Shown here: positions 38,770 through 48,783 of the stretch, piece after piece
Position numbering within the stretch: the stretch's first letter is position 1
Layout of the letters: every line of letters begins with the position of its first letter
Source: Truepera sp.
GTDB taxonomy: Bacteria; Deinococcota; Deinococci; Deinococcales; Trueperaceae
Length of the DNA stretch: 64,000 nucleotides
NCBI GenBank assembly: GCA_965218435.1
Contig: CBDCKW010000009.1
Coordinates: forward strand, 32,001-96,000
Reading direction: 5' to 3'
The notes under the pieces: generated by a model
Told to the model about the DNA's origin: nothing
The model's input: only the letters and a program-made list of their open reading frames with translations
Databases searched by the model: none
Program-made: the position numbers and the translations under genes

Positions 38770-40741
38770 GGTTCCCTGCCAGTGACTGCGCCGGTTTGAT
38801 AGACGCGAGGCCGGTGCTGCGGCGCTGATTCGGACGCAGCCGCAGGTAGTGACCACCGACGCCTTCAAACGCCCAGGCGTAAAAGCATAAAGCGATCAGG
38901 GCGACGCTCAAGCTGCCCAGTACCCAGTTGTGATAGACCGCCGACATCCCGCCGACAAACAGCCCAACTGAAGCCAAGAAGGGAAACCACGACTGGCCGG
39001 GGATATGGATGAACTCGTCTTCGTCGTCAGCGGCGTTTTGATAGGTCGGTTCATCGTCGGTGCTCTGCGAGAGGTCGTCGCGTTTCTCTAAAAGTTCCGG
39101 GTGTTTGGCGTACCAGAGGGGGTCACGGTCCTTGACAATCGGCAGGTCACCGAAGTCGTAGTGCGGGGGCGGCGATGAGATGCTCCACTCGAGCGTCCGC
39201 CCATCCCACGGATCATCCCCGGCTTCTTTGCCGCTGCGCAGGTCACGTAAGAGGCTGAAGATAAAGAGCAACACGCCTATTCCCAGGATCAGCGCGCCGA
39301 TAGACGAGAGCAAGTTGTAAAAGCCCCAACCCAGCCCCACATCGTAGGTCTGGACGCGGCGCGGCATCCCTAACAGTCCTAAAAAGTGCTGCGGAAAAAA
39401 GACCAAGTGAAAGCCGCCGACAACAAAGCCAAACACCCATTTGCCGAGCCGCTCGTTGAGGAATCGGCCCGTCATTTTCGGGAACCAGTAGTAAATCCCG
39501 GCAAAAAATGACAAGAGTGCGCCGCCGCCCATCACGTAGTGAAAGTGCGCGACGACGAAGTAAGAGTCCGACGCCTGCTGATCAAAAGGCGGCACGGCGA
39601 CCATGATGCCGGTAATCCCGCCGAGCGTAAAGGTCACCAAAAAGGCGGTCGCAAAGAGCATCGAAGTGGTAAACCAAATACGTCCGGCCCACATCGTAGC
39701 GAGCCAGTTAAAAATCTTGACGCCGGTCGGAATGGCGATCACAAAGCTGGCAACCGAAAAAACCGAGTTCGCCATCGGTCCCATCCCGGTCGTAAACATG
39801 TGGTGGCTCCACACCGCAAAGCCCATAAAGCCGATGAAAATTCCGGCCAAGACGACCATCGGATAACCGAACAAAGGCTTGCGTGAAAACGTCGGAATGA
39901 CCTCTGAAATGATGCCGAAGGCGGGTAAAATCACGATGTAGACCTCCGGATGACCGAAAATCCAAAAGAGGTGTTGCCACAAAATCGGCAACCCGCCGCC
40001 TTCGGGGTTAAAAAAGAGCGTCCCGAACGAGCGGTCCATAATGACCTCGAAGAGCGCAATCGTCAGAGGCGGAAAGGCGAAGATCACCAAAAATGCGGTG
40101 ACGAGCATCATCCACGGGAAGAGGGGCATCCGCATCATGCTCATCCCTGGCGCACGCATGTTGATAATCGTGACGATCAGGTTCATCGCGGTGACGAGCG
40201 TCCCAATCCCGCTGATGAGCAGCCCGACCATGTAGAAGTCAATCCCTTGACCGGGGTTATACGCAGCTTGAGTCATCGGCGCGTAGGCGAACCACCCGGC
40301 GTTGGGTGCGCCGCCCAAAAGGAAGCTCGAGTAAAAGATCAAGCCGCCCGCCAGATACGCCCAGTAGCCAAACGCGTTGAGTCTGGGGAACGCTAGGTCT
40401 CTCGCACCGATTTGCAGCGGCACAAAATAGTTGGCAAACGCCGTGCCAAGCGGCATAATCGCCAAAAATACCATTGTCACGCCGTGAACGGTAAAGAGCT
40501 GATTGTAAAAGTCGGGGGTGACCAGCTGTTGGTTCGGCGCGGCGAGTTGGGCGCGGATGACGGCGGCCTCGATGCTGCCGAGCAAAAAGAAGCTGAACGT
40601 CGTGACGAAATAAAGAATCCCCAACCGTTTGTGGTCGACAGTTGTGAGCCAACTCCACAACCCGGTTTCCCAGGTCGGGCGTTTAAGGAGTGCCCGGGTT
40701 TCGGGCGCGCTATGGGGGATGGGTTGTCTACCAATGGCCAT
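38762..40741 (-). CDS. ctaD: cytochrome c oxidase subunit I (A1 type)
   Basis: TVDHK, GHPEVY, WSHHMF, AHFHY, GMPRR. Confidence 0.97.
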   Translation of the reverse strand: MAIGRQPIPHSAPETRALLKRPTWETGLWSWLTTVDHKRLGILYFVTTFSFFLLGSIEAAVIRAQLAAPNQQLVTPDFYNQLFTVHGVTMVFLAIMPLGTAFANYFVPLQIGARDLAFPRLNAFGYWAYLAGGLIFYSSFLLGGAPNAGWFAYAPMTQAAYNPGQGIDFYMVGLLISGIGTLVTAMNLIVTIINMRAPGMSMMRMPLFPWMMLVTAFLVIFAFPPLTIALFEVIMDRSFGTLFFNPEGGGLPILWQHLFWIFGHPEVYIVILPAFGIISEVIPTFSRKPLFGYPMVVLAGIFIGFMGFAVWSHHMFTTGMGPMANSVFSVASFVIAIPTGVKIFNWLATMWAGRIWFTTSMLFATAFLVTFTLGGITGIMVAVPPFDQQASDSYFVVAHFHYVMGGGALLSFFAGIYYWFPKMTGRFLNERLGKWVFGFVVGGFHLVFFPQHFLGLLGMPRRVQTYDVGLGWGFYNLLSSIGALILGIGVLLFIFSLLRDLRSGKEAGDDPWDGRTLEWSISSPPPHYDFGDLPIVKDRDPLWYAKHPELLEKRDDLSQSTDDEPTYQNAADDEDEFIHIPGQSWFPFLASVGLFVGGMSAVYHNWVLGSLSVALIALCFYAWAFEGVGGHYLRLRPNQRRSTGLASIKPAQSLAGNHE

Positions 40742-40743
40742 CG

Positions 40744-41835
40744 TTACCTCCCGGCCTGAACGCTCGCGGTGAGTTCAGAAGACTTCCCCAAACTCTCTAG
40801 ATAAGCGACCAGAGCGGCAATTTCTTCGTCACGGTTGGGATCGTCGGCAGCCCACAGCGTGGGCATATAGTTGCCGGGTTTAACGGCTTGTGGATTCTGA
40901 AGCCAGTGAGTCAGGTTTTTAGGCGTGTTCTCGAGTACGCCCGCTGCGAGTGAGGTGCGAATCCCTAGATTGGTCAAGTTAGGCGCTTTTTCACCGTAGG
41001 CATAGCCTTGAACGGCGTGACAGTTCGCGCAGCCTTTGGTCTTAAATAGGGCTTGACCGGCGGCAAGCTGCTGATCGGCAGGTTGGGCCTGAACTTGCGT
41101 CGCCGCGTTCGGCTTAAAGAGCGAAACCCAGTTCTTAAAGTCGGCCTCGTCACTGGCGACGACCCGAAACCGCATATAGGCGTGCGCACCTAAACACAGC
41201 TCGGCGCACTGCCCGCGGTAGAGCCCCGCTTGGTCGGCCTCGAGCCAGAGCTGATTGGCCTGGTTGGGGATCAGGTCGCGTTTCCCGGCGATTCTCGGGA
41301 CCCAAAACGAGTGCAACACGTCGCCGGAACGGAGGTTTAAGACGACGCGCCGCCCGGTTGGGATATGCAGTTCGTTGGCGGTGGTAATCCCGAGTTCAGG
41401 ATAGTCGAACTTCCACCACCACTGATACCCCGTGACGTTGACCACGAGGTCTTTTTGCGTGGGGGTAACGCGGCTTTCTTGCCGAAAGATCATACCGACC
41501 GTCGGCACACCGATGATGATCAAAATAATAGCCGGTGCGACGGTCCAGGTCGCTTCTAACCACGCCACCCCGTGAATCTGGTCGGGCACCGAGCCGTCAT
41601 CGTCACCCCGCCGCCGATACTTGACGATGGCGTAGACCAGGGCGGCGCTTACAACTGCAAAGACGACCACGCCCATCCAAAAGATAAAGGCCAGCAGACT
41701 CTCTTGCGCCTGCGCGACCGGGCCGACCGTATCGAAGATAGACTGGGGGCCGTCGAGCGAACAGCCACCTAGAAGTCCTAAAAGCCCCAAACTCAAAAAA
41801 CGCGTAAGCCGAGGCAGTCGTTGGCGGTTATCCAC
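40744..41835 (-). CDS. ctaC: cytochrome c oxidase subunit II with fused cytochrome c (caa3 type), lipoprotein
   Basis: LLGGC lipobox; DVLHSF, CAELCLGAHAYM CuA site; CANCH. Confidence 0.95.
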   Translation of the reverse strand: MDNRQRLPRLTRFLSLGLLGLLGGCSLDGPQSIFDTVGPVAQAQESLLAFIFWMGVVVFAVVSAALVYAIVKYRRRGDDDGSVPDQIHGVAWLEATWTVAPAIILIIIGVPTVGMIFRQESRVTPTQKDLVVNVTGYQWWWKFDYPELGITTANELHIPTGRRVVLNLRSGDVLHSFWVPRIAGKRDLIPNQANQLWLEADQAGLYRGQCAELCLGAHAYMRFRVVASDEADFKNWVSLFKPNAATQVQAQPADQQLAAGQALFKTKGCANCHAVQGYAYGEKAPNLTNLGIRTSLAAGVLENTPKNLTHWLQNPQAVKPGNYMPTLWAADDPNRDEEIAALVAYLESLGKSSELTASVQAGR

Positions 41836-41865
41836 GTCTGTTATCCACGTCTGCTACCCACGTAC
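41827..41865. repeat. 13-bp tandem repeat x3 across the ctaC start
   Basis: GTTATCCACGTCT GTTATCCACGTCT GCTACCCACGTAC. Confidence 0.85.
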
Positions 41866-41980
41866 ACCCTCCTACATCTAAAACGTAAACTCAATCTAGC
41901 ATTTTCTTAAAAGCGTTGGCTAGAGCACACTTGCCGGGTCACGTTTGGCTGGAACCGAGCTGTAAAAACGTAGTCGGCTT

Positions 41981-43468
41981 TTACGACGTGCCCCGGTAGC
42001 TTACCGCTTCGGCGAGGTGCGCTTCGCTTAACTTCGCCTCACCCCCGAGGTCGGCAATGGTTCTGGCGACGCGTAAAAGCCGGTCGAAACCGCGTCCGGA
42101 CAAGGCCAGCTGTTTGGCCACGGCTTGAGCAAAGGCACCGGCGCTGGGTGAGAGCGCCGCGTGTTCGCGGAGCGCCGTACCGCCAAGTTCGGCGTTGGGG
42201 ACACCCTGGCGGGCTACCGCGCACGAGCGTGCCGCCTCGACCCTGGCCTGCACGACGCCACTGGCTTCACCAAGCGGGGCGTGCAGGAGTTCGTCGGGGG
42301 AGAGGCGCGGCACGCCTAGGCGCAGGTCAATCCGGTCTAAAAGCGGCCCGCTGAGGCGTTCGCGGTAACGTTGACGGAGTGTCGGCGAACACGTGCAGGG
42401 CTTTTGCGCGTCGCCGTAAAAGCCGCACGGACACGGGTTTTGTGACGCCACAAGCATAAAGCGGGCCGGGAAGGTGAGGGCGGCGCGGGCGCGGCTGATC
42501 GTGACCACGCCGTCCTCGAGCGGTTGCCGTAAAACTTCTAAAACGCGCCTCGAGAACTCCGGGAACTCGTCCATAAAGAGCACGCCCCGGTGTGCCAACG
42601 ACACTTCGCCCGGTCGCGGGATATTGCCACCGCCGATCAGCCCTGCGTCCGAAACGGTGTGGTGCGGGCTCCGAAAGGGTGGGTGCTGGATGAGGCCACC
42701 TTGTAAAGTTCCAGCGCTCGAGTGAATCCGGGTCACCTCGGTCGCTTCACCGCGCGTCAGGTGCGGCATCACCCCCGGTAAGCGCCGTGCCAGCATGGTT
42801 TTGCCCGATCCGGGCGGCCCGCTGAGCAGCAAGTTGTGCGCTCCGGCGGCGGCGATTTCTAACGCACGTTTGGCCGCGCTCTGCCCCTTGATGTCGGCTA
42901 AATCCAAAAAATCTTTGGGAACTGCTGCGGCTTCAGGGACCGTCGGCGTAAGCTCTTCGCGCCCCTGCAAAAAAGCGACGGTCTGCTCGAGCGTCTCCGG
43001 CGCGTAAACCTCCAAACCTTCAATCGCCGCCGCCTCTTGCGCATTCTCAGGTGCGACGATCAGCCGCTCGATTCCGGCCTGCGCCGCGTAGAGTGCGACG
43101 TTGATGACGCCGCGCACGGGCCGGAGTGCGCCGTCTAACGCGAGCTCACCGACGATTAAAGTGCGCTCTAAGGCCCGCTCTTGGATCACCCCTTGTGCGA
43201 GCAAAATCGCCAGCGCAATCGGCAGGTCAAACGCCGGGCCTTCTTTGCGAACGTCCGCCGGGGCTAAATTGACGACGATCCGCGTCGCGGGAAAGGGCAA
43301 GCCCGTATTACGAATCGCCGAACGGACCCGTTCGCGCGACTCTTGCACAGCGGCGTCGGGCAGGCCGACGATCATCATCCCCGGCAGGCCGCCCGCCACA
43401 TCAACTTCGATCTCGACGGCGTAGGCGTCTACGCCTAAAAGCGCGGCGGCGGTTAGTTTGGCAAACAC
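41981..43468 (-). CDS. comM: YifB/ComM family Mg-chelatase-like AAA ATPase
   Basis: [37 protein letters not shown]. Confidence 0.92.
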   Translation of the reverse strand: MFAKLTAAALLGVDAYAVEIEVDVAGGLPGMMIVGLPDAAVQESRERVRSAIRNTGLPFPATRIVVNLAPADVRKEGPAFDLPIALAILLAQGVIQERALERTLIVGELALDGALRPVRGVINVALYAAQAGIERLIVAPENAQEAAAIEGLEVYAPETLEQTVAFLQGREELTPTVPEAAAVPKDFLDLADIKGQSAAKRALEIAAAGAHNLLLSGPPGSGKTMLARRLPGVMPHLTRGEATEVTRIHSSAGTLQGGLIQHPPFRSPHHTVSDAGLIGGGNIPRPGEVSLAHRGVLFMDEFPEFSRRVLEVLRQPLEDGVVTISRARAALTFPARFMLVASQNPCPCGFYGDAQKPCTCSPTLRQRYRERLSGPLLDRIDLRLGVPRLSPDELLHAPLGEASGVVQARVEAARSCAVARQGVPNAELGGTALREHAALSPSAGAFAQAVAKQLALSGRGFDRLLRVARTIADLGGEAKLSEAHLAEAVSYRGTS

Positions 43469-43510
43469 GCCTCCAGTCTAGGTGAAGCTGCCGCCGCGCG
43501 AGATGAAAAA

Positions 43511-44350
43511 CTAGGCAGGATAGGCGTAAAACCCGTAGGTGCCGGGGCCGACGTGCGCGGCGATGACCGCGCCGATCTCATAGGTACCGCCGTCACGGTA
43601 CTCGAGCCCACTCTTCTTCAGCTCCTGGCGCAAAACTTCGACGGCGGACAGGTCTTGAATATGCAAAAAATAGACGAACGGTGTCCCCTTGTCAGCGAGA
43701 CCTTTAAGGTCGCCTAGCATCGTCTGGAGGGCTTTTTTGGTGCCGCGTACCCGCCCGACGGGTTCGACGCGCCCGTCAACGACCGACAAGATCGGTTTGA
43801 TATTGAGCAAGCTGCCGAGCAGCGCGTTGGCTCCGCCGATCCGCCCGTTTTTCTTGAGGTAGTCGAGGTTGCCGACCGTAAACCGGAGCATCGCCTGGGC
43901 GCGGATGTGCGTCAGCTCGTCCAAGATGGTGGCAATTTCAGCCCCTTGGTCACGCAACTCGGCGGCCCGTTTGAGCATCATGGCGATGCCTAGACTCGCG
44001 GCTAACGAGTCGAAGACATGAACCGGTACCGAAACTTCGTCAGCGGCGACGCTCGCCGACTGGTACGTCCCGGAGAGCTGGCTCGAGATCGTCACACATA
44101 AAATCTCGGTCGCGCCCCGCGTCACGGCCGCTTCAAACGCGCCCGTAAAATCTTGTGGGCTCGGCTGGCTGGTGCTGGGAATGGCGGCACCCGCAGCGAC
44201 GCCCGCAACAATGTCGTGCGGGTTGATCTCGAGCCAATCTTTGTAGACCTCACCCTTAAAATTGACGTAGAGCGGCACCCGGTAAATCTTGAGCTCGTTT
44301 AACTCAGCCTCGGGCAAATCGCAGGTCGAGTCGGTAATGATGGCGAGCAT
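43511..44350 (-). CDS. DegV family fatty-acid-binding protein
   Basis: IITDSTCDL, TSQP, SS.LSGTY, GRI, HVGPG. Confidence 0.93.
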   Translation of the reverse strand: MLAIITDSTCDLPEAELNELKIYRVPLYVNFKGEVYKDWLEINPHDIVAGVAAGAAIPSTSQPSPQDFTGAFEAAVTRGATEILCVTISSQLSGTYQSASVAADEVSVPVHVFDSLAASLGIAMMLKRAAELRDQGAEIATILDELTHIRAQAMLRFTVGNLDYLKKNGRIGGANALLGSLLNIKPILSVVDGRVEPVGRVRGTKKALQTMLGDLKGLADKGTPFVYFLHIQDLSAVEVLRQELKKSGLEYRDGGTYEIGAVIAAHVGPGTYGFYAYPA

Positions 44351-44436
44351 AGGCCCTCCTCGTAAATAGATGTCCCTTACGATACCCCAAAACGCGCTTT
44401 AGCTAGCACACGTTCTGAGCGTCTAAAATGTAGCGT

Positions 44437-44715
44437 ATGAAATGGGCGGGTTATTACGAGGGTGTGGTGCTGGCACTTTTGCACGCGCTGGCCGCTTGGC
44501 TGACGCTTGTCGCCGGGTTTGCCTTCGTAGTCCGGCAGACCGGGATGCCGGGCAGCATCTTGGTCGTCGCGCTCTTTATCTCGTTGCCGATTTTGCTTCA
44601 GGGGATGTTGGCGCTGGTGTTTGGCCGCTACCGACGGGTTCCGGCGCTCGGCTGGATTGTGACGGGGATGCTCGAGGGCGTAGGCGTCGTCTTTTTGCTG
44701 TTTTTGTTGTTCTAG
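44437..44715 (+). CDS. small 3-TM hypothetical membrane protein
   Basis: three hydrophobic segments; TAAAAT 7 nt before ATG. Confidence 0.6.
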   Translation: MKWAGYYEGVVLALLHALAAWLTLVAGFAFVVRQTGMPGSILVVALFISLPILLQGMLALVFGRYRRVPALGWIVTGMLEGVGVVFLLFLLF

Positions 44716-44862
44716 TCTGGGTCGTGCTGAGATTTGCCTTGGTCATCACATTCTGAGTACGTGAGAGCCGCTGTTTTCTCAACCGCGTCGGTAACTTCTC
44801 AATTCTCCATTCTGAATTCTTAAGCTACATAGCATGACTTTATAACGTCAATAAAAACTCAG

Positions 44863-45396
44863 CTACGCCTTGCGCTCCCATAACAGCAGCGTTCCTTCCC
44901 CGTCAGATTTCTGCCCCACCTGCTCAAAACCTGTTTTTTGCAACACCCGAACCGAGGCGTGATTGGTCTCGAGACATTCCGCCGTTACCACCCTCACACT
45001 GGGTTGCTCGAGCAGCCACCTGACGAGTGCGCCGACGATTTCCGTGGTGTACCCGCGTCCCCGAGCTTCTGGAATAAGGCTGTAGCCGATTTCGATAAGA
45101 CCGTTTTCGTCCGGTTTGCCCTTACACCCGAGCTGCCCAACTGCTGTCAGTGCCCCGCGCTCGACGAGTGTACCGTCCCAAGGTTCATCGTCCGGGTTCG
45201 CTTCTAATTGCTCGATCAACCGGGGAAAGATAACGAGCGCGTCTCCCGGCCACGCGGCTGGAAAGGTCACGGTCTCGGGGCCACTCGCTAACGGTAGCTC
45301 CGCGGTAAAGGTGTCGCCCTGCTCGAGCCTTCCCTTCAGCACGTCTAACGGGGTAGCCACCAGCACAAGCCGCTGAGTCTCGAGATAAAACCTCAC
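44863..45396 (-). CDS. GNAT acetyltransferase, RimJ/RimL-like
   Basis: EIGY...RGRGY, N.AS.RVL.K.GF; GTGA overlap with the upstream gene. Confidence 0.88.
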   Translation of the reverse strand: MRFYLETQRLVLVATPLDVLKGRLEQGDTFTAELPLASGPETVTFPAAWPGDALVIFPRLIEQLEANPDDEPWDGTLVERGALTAVGQLGCKGKPDENGLIEIGYSLIPEARGRGYTTEIVGALVRWLLEQPSVRVVTAECLETNHASVRVLQKTGFEQVGQKSDGEGTLLLWERKA

Positions 45397-45731
45397 GCTG
45401 GGTCTGGGCGTTGGGGCAGTTTGTTGCGGCAGTTTGTACAATACGCTTGTTCAGGCACCCGCTCTTTACAACTCGGGCAGATGATTGAATTACGAATCAC
45501 CGCCCGCACACCCATCTCTTTAAGCTCAGCGGCGATGAGCACCGCGTCTTCTTCACTCACGTCGGTGACGCTCAGCTCAATATCGTCGGCAAACGCTGAG
45601 ACGATGTAGCTGCCGCGCACATAAGGTTGGGTATGGTCTCCCCGGTTTGCGGCACTGACCGCCGTGCTTACGTCGCGGAAATACTGCCATAAAGGATGGT
45701 CGTTCACACGCCAGGGTAACTCGAGCGTCAC
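45393..45731 (-). CDS. hypothetical protein with a C-terminal zinc ribbon
   Basis: CPSC...YCTNC. Confidence 0.65.
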   Translation of the reverse strand: MTLELPWRVNDHPLWQYFRDVSTAVSAANRGDHTQPYVRGSYIVSAFADDIELSVTDVSEEDAVLIAAELKEMGVRAVIRNSIICPSCKERVPEQAYCTNCRNKLPQRPDPA

Positions 45732-45746
45732 TTACAGGTGAGCAGA

Positions 45747-46745
45747 TTAAAAAACGTCTTTACTTTGTTCCAACCATAAAGCTTGTGTAGGCACAAAGCT
45801 GCCGACACGGTACTCGTCTATGCCAAACGCTTTAAGTATCTGCATAGCGTCATGCTCCTCTTCATCGGATACTTTATCTTTCCACTTTTGCACGAGGCGT
45901 CGGCGCTTACTCTCACTTGGGGGCTCACCGAGTAGCTGTTTTGTCTCCTTGTCTGACTTATTTTTAACGCCCGACGCCTTATCCAGCAGCTCGAGCGCAC
46001 GCTGTTTGTCCGGAAGCATAAGTTTTTCGGCTAGATATTCGACGACCGGTTCAGGTTGCAAAACCAGCTGTTCGTAACTGAGAACTGCCCAGTCGGGCTG
46101 TCTATCGCGTAAAGGCAGGGCGTTTTGAAAGCACCAGTCAAGAACACCTTTTTGAAGTTTAGAGCCCTCACGGATAATTGCCGCTGCTAGGTTGAGCTGG
46201 GTGCTGGTAAAGCGTCGGCTGAAGTCGCTGTTAAGGTACGCTTCAAGCCGCGGGAACTCCTTGCGGGACAACGTGACCGCAATAGGATGACGAACAAAAA
46301 AAACGATTTTTCCTCCGAAGGTGTCTCGAAACCAGTTCAACCGGTCTTCGCCCCCATGGAGGATTTTGAATACGATCCGCCGCGTAACGGGCTTATAGTA
46401 GCGGTTTAACCAGGGTGCAGGTTCAGCTGTGTGTATTTTGTTCGAGCAGTACCCCTCGACGTAGCACTGTACTAGTGGCAGGAAACTGTCGCTCTGCAGC
46501 TTTTCCCAAGTGTCTATCCCCAGATGCCTCCGCACAAGAGGTACCCGGAGGTCGAAAGGTTCATTAACCGCCTTAAAACCTGGTTGACTCCAAATCAGTT
46601 CCATCAGCCAGGTCGAACCGCTGCGCGGAGTTGTAAACAAAAACACGTGAGGAAGATTTCCGGGTCGATGAACTGAGGTAAAACTTCGGATAATGTTATA
46701 GAGGTTGTATTTTACCGGTTGAGGAATAGCCTTTTTCAGTATCAT
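45747..46745 (-). CDS. sulfotransferase family protein
   Basis: PRSGSTWL 5'-PSB loop, VRHP 3'-PB motif, YE.LV..P. Confidence 0.85.
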   Translation of the reverse strand: MILKKAIPQPVKYNLYNIIRSFTSVHRPGNLPHVFLFTTPRSGSTWLMELIWSQPGFKAVNEPFDLRVPLVRRHLGIDTWEKLQSDSFLPLVQCYVEGYCSNKIHTAEPAPWLNRYYKPVTRRIVFKILHGGEDRLNWFRDTFGGKIVFFVRHPIAVTLSRKEFPRLEAYLNSDFSRRFTSTQLNLAAAIIREGSKLQKGVLDWCFQNALPLRDRQPDWAVLSYEQLVLQPEPVVEYLAEKLMLPDKQRALELLDKASGVKNKSDKETKQLLGEPPSESKRRRLVQKWKDKVSDEEEHDAMQILKAFGIDEYRVGSFVPTQALWLEQSKDVF

Positions 46746-47045
46746 ACTAAAACTATGACGTAAATCACTCGCTTTGACTAGTTAGTGTGTCACAGAACAA
46801 ACCGAACCTGCTCTAAATTAAAGGGTAGCAAGTTAAGCCCCAACCTTAATGCGGTAAAAGACAACGGAAAGCGAAGCTTCACAGCGGAATCCAAGCTCGA
46901 GGGCATGGATAAAAGCATGATAGATACTGCCTGCTATAGGGGACGGTTATTCGCGCTTATGAGTACCGCGAGCTGCCCATAAGCGCCGTATAGCGCACCC
47001 CCCGGCGAGGGGCTCGAGCCGCGCCATCTACCGGTACGCGTGGTT

Positions 47046-47969
47046 CTAGGCTTTGCCTGCTGTTTCCATCAGTTCAAACTTCTCGGCGACAACCTGCGCC
47101 ATATAGTCGCGGCCTAAAGCCAAGATTTTACGTGGGTCAAACTCTTCGGGCGTATTGAACAGGGTTTCACGCAGCCCCAGCGTAAACGCCAAGCGGAGGT
47201 CGGTATCCACGTTGACTTTCGCAACACCTGTGGAGAGTACCTGCCGGATATCGTCATCATGTATTCCCGCCGGGTCACCGATATCCGCGCCTGTCGCCCG
47301 AAGCTTGTCAATCAGGTAGTGCGGCACACCCGACGACCCGTGCATCACCAGCGGAACAGCTAAACGTTCAGAAAGCTGACGAATCCGCCCGTGGTCAATG
47401 TACGGGCGGCCCTTGCCCTTGTACGCGCCATGCGAGGTGCCGATGGCAACGGCGAGGTAGTCTACCCCGGTTTCCTCGACAAACAGCTCGGCTTCGTCCG
47501 GGTCGGTCAAAAAGGCGTCTCTGGCCGAAACGTTGACGTCATCTTCAATCCCGCCCAAACGCCCTAACTCAGCCTCGACGGAGACCCCGACGGCGTGTGC
47601 GGCCTCTACGCACTTAAGCGTCTCGGCGATGTTTTCGTCTAATGGATGGTGTGACGCGTCAATCATCACACTCGTAAACCCGGCCCGAAGTGCCTGCATG
47701 ACCTTGACGTAATCCGCGCCGTGGTCGAGGTGTAGAGCTACCGGAACCGACACGTGACTCGCCATCTCACGGACCAACATAGCGAGGGTGTCGCCGCCAG
47801 CGTAGCGGCGGGCGCTGTCTGAAACCTGCACGATCACAGGGGCACGTAACCGCTCGGCGGTGTCTAAAATGGCCTGGGTCGTCTCGAGGTTGCTGGTGTT
47901 AAAGCTCGGCACAGCGTAACCGCCGTTTTTCGCTTTGTCTAAAATCTCTTTTCCGATGACTAAAGGCAT
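47046..47969 (-). CDS. fba: class II fructose-1,6-bisphosphate aldolase
   Basis: LHLDHG, MIDASH, EAELG, IGTSHGAYK, HGSSG, KVNVDTD. Confidence 0.95.
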   Translation of the reverse strand: MPLVIGKEILDKAKNGGYAVPSFNTSNLETTQAILDTAERLRAPVIVQVSDSARRYAGGDTLAMLVREMASHVSVPVALHLDHGADYVKVMQALRAGFTSVMIDASHHPLDENIAETLKCVEAAHAVGVSVEAELGRLGGIEDDVNVSARDAFLTDPDEAELFVEETGVDYLAVAIGTSHGAYKGKGRPYIDHGRIRQLSERLAVPLVMHGSSGVPHYLIDKLRATGADIGDPAGIHDDDIRQVLSTGVAKVNVDTDLRLAFTLGLRETLFNTPEEFDPRKILALGRDYMAQVVAEKFELMETAGKA

Positions 47970-47996
47970 AGGTCTCCTGGTTCTTACAAAGCTGAA

Positions 47997-48665
47997 CTAG
48001 CTTTCGCTGCGTAGGGCCGCGAAGTTATCTTTGATAGGCCGTCCGTTATAAATGGCGCTGCCGACGACCACGATGTCCGCACCCGCCGCGCCGACCAGAG
48101 AAATGTTATCAGCTTTAACGCCGCCGTCAACCTCGAGCACACACCCCGGATTTACGGCGTCGCGCATCTCCTTAAGCCTTTTTAACCGCTCAGTGGTACC
48201 GGGGATATAGCTCTGACCGCCAAAACCAGGATTCACGCTCAAAACGAGTACCAGGTCAAGCTCGGCTAAAAAAGGCTCGAGCACGACGAGCGGTGTACCA
48301 GGATTGAGGGCCAAGCCCACTTTTTTACCCTGTTCTTTGACCTTTTGAACCGCGCGGTAAGGGTGTTTGGTCGCCTCGTAGTGAACGATAATAAGGTCCG
48401 ACCCGGCCTCGGCAAACATCGCTACATACTGCTCGGGTTCATCAATCATCAGGTGAATGTGCAGCGGCAACCCGGTCGCCCGCCGCACCGCCGCCACGAT
48501 ACTCGGCCCAAAGCTGATATTCGGAACGAAGTTGCCGTCCATTACATCTAAGTGAAAGAGCTCAGCGCCCGCCGCTTCAGCCTCTCTAATCTGCGCCGCC
48601 AAATGCCCGAAGTCGGCGGTTAGGATTGACGGGGCAATCTTAGGCAGCGTTTTAGGTGCAAGCAT
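47997..48665 (-). CDS. rpe: ribulose-phosphate 3-epimerase
   Basis: APSIL, HLDVMDG.FVPN, VNPGFGGQ, VDGG. Confidence 0.96.
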   Translation of the reverse strand: MLAPKTLPKIAPSILTADFGHLAAQIREAEAAGAELFHLDVMDGNFVPNISFGPSIVAAVRRATGLPLHIHLMIDEPEQYVAMFAEAGSDLIIVHYEATKHPYRAVQKVKEQGKKVGLALNPGTPLVVLEPFLAELDLVLVLSVNPGFGGQSYIPGTTERLKRLKEMRDAVNPGCVLEVDGGVKADNISLVGAAGADIVVVGSAIYNGRPIKDNFAALRSES

Positions 48666-48783
48666 AAATTCCTGTCGAATAGCTCATCGTTTTATCTTAC
48701 CTTTACGGTTCATTTTATGGCTCCCGGGCGCTTCTGCTGTTCTCGTAACAGGCCCAAACCGGCGCGGGCTCTAAACTAGCCTG

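Noticed and set aside
41828..41849. Two TTATCCACG motifs resembling DnaA boxes
   Set aside because: 8/9 matches arising from the tandem repeat at a gene start; no AT-rich unwinding region or dnaA/dnaN nearby
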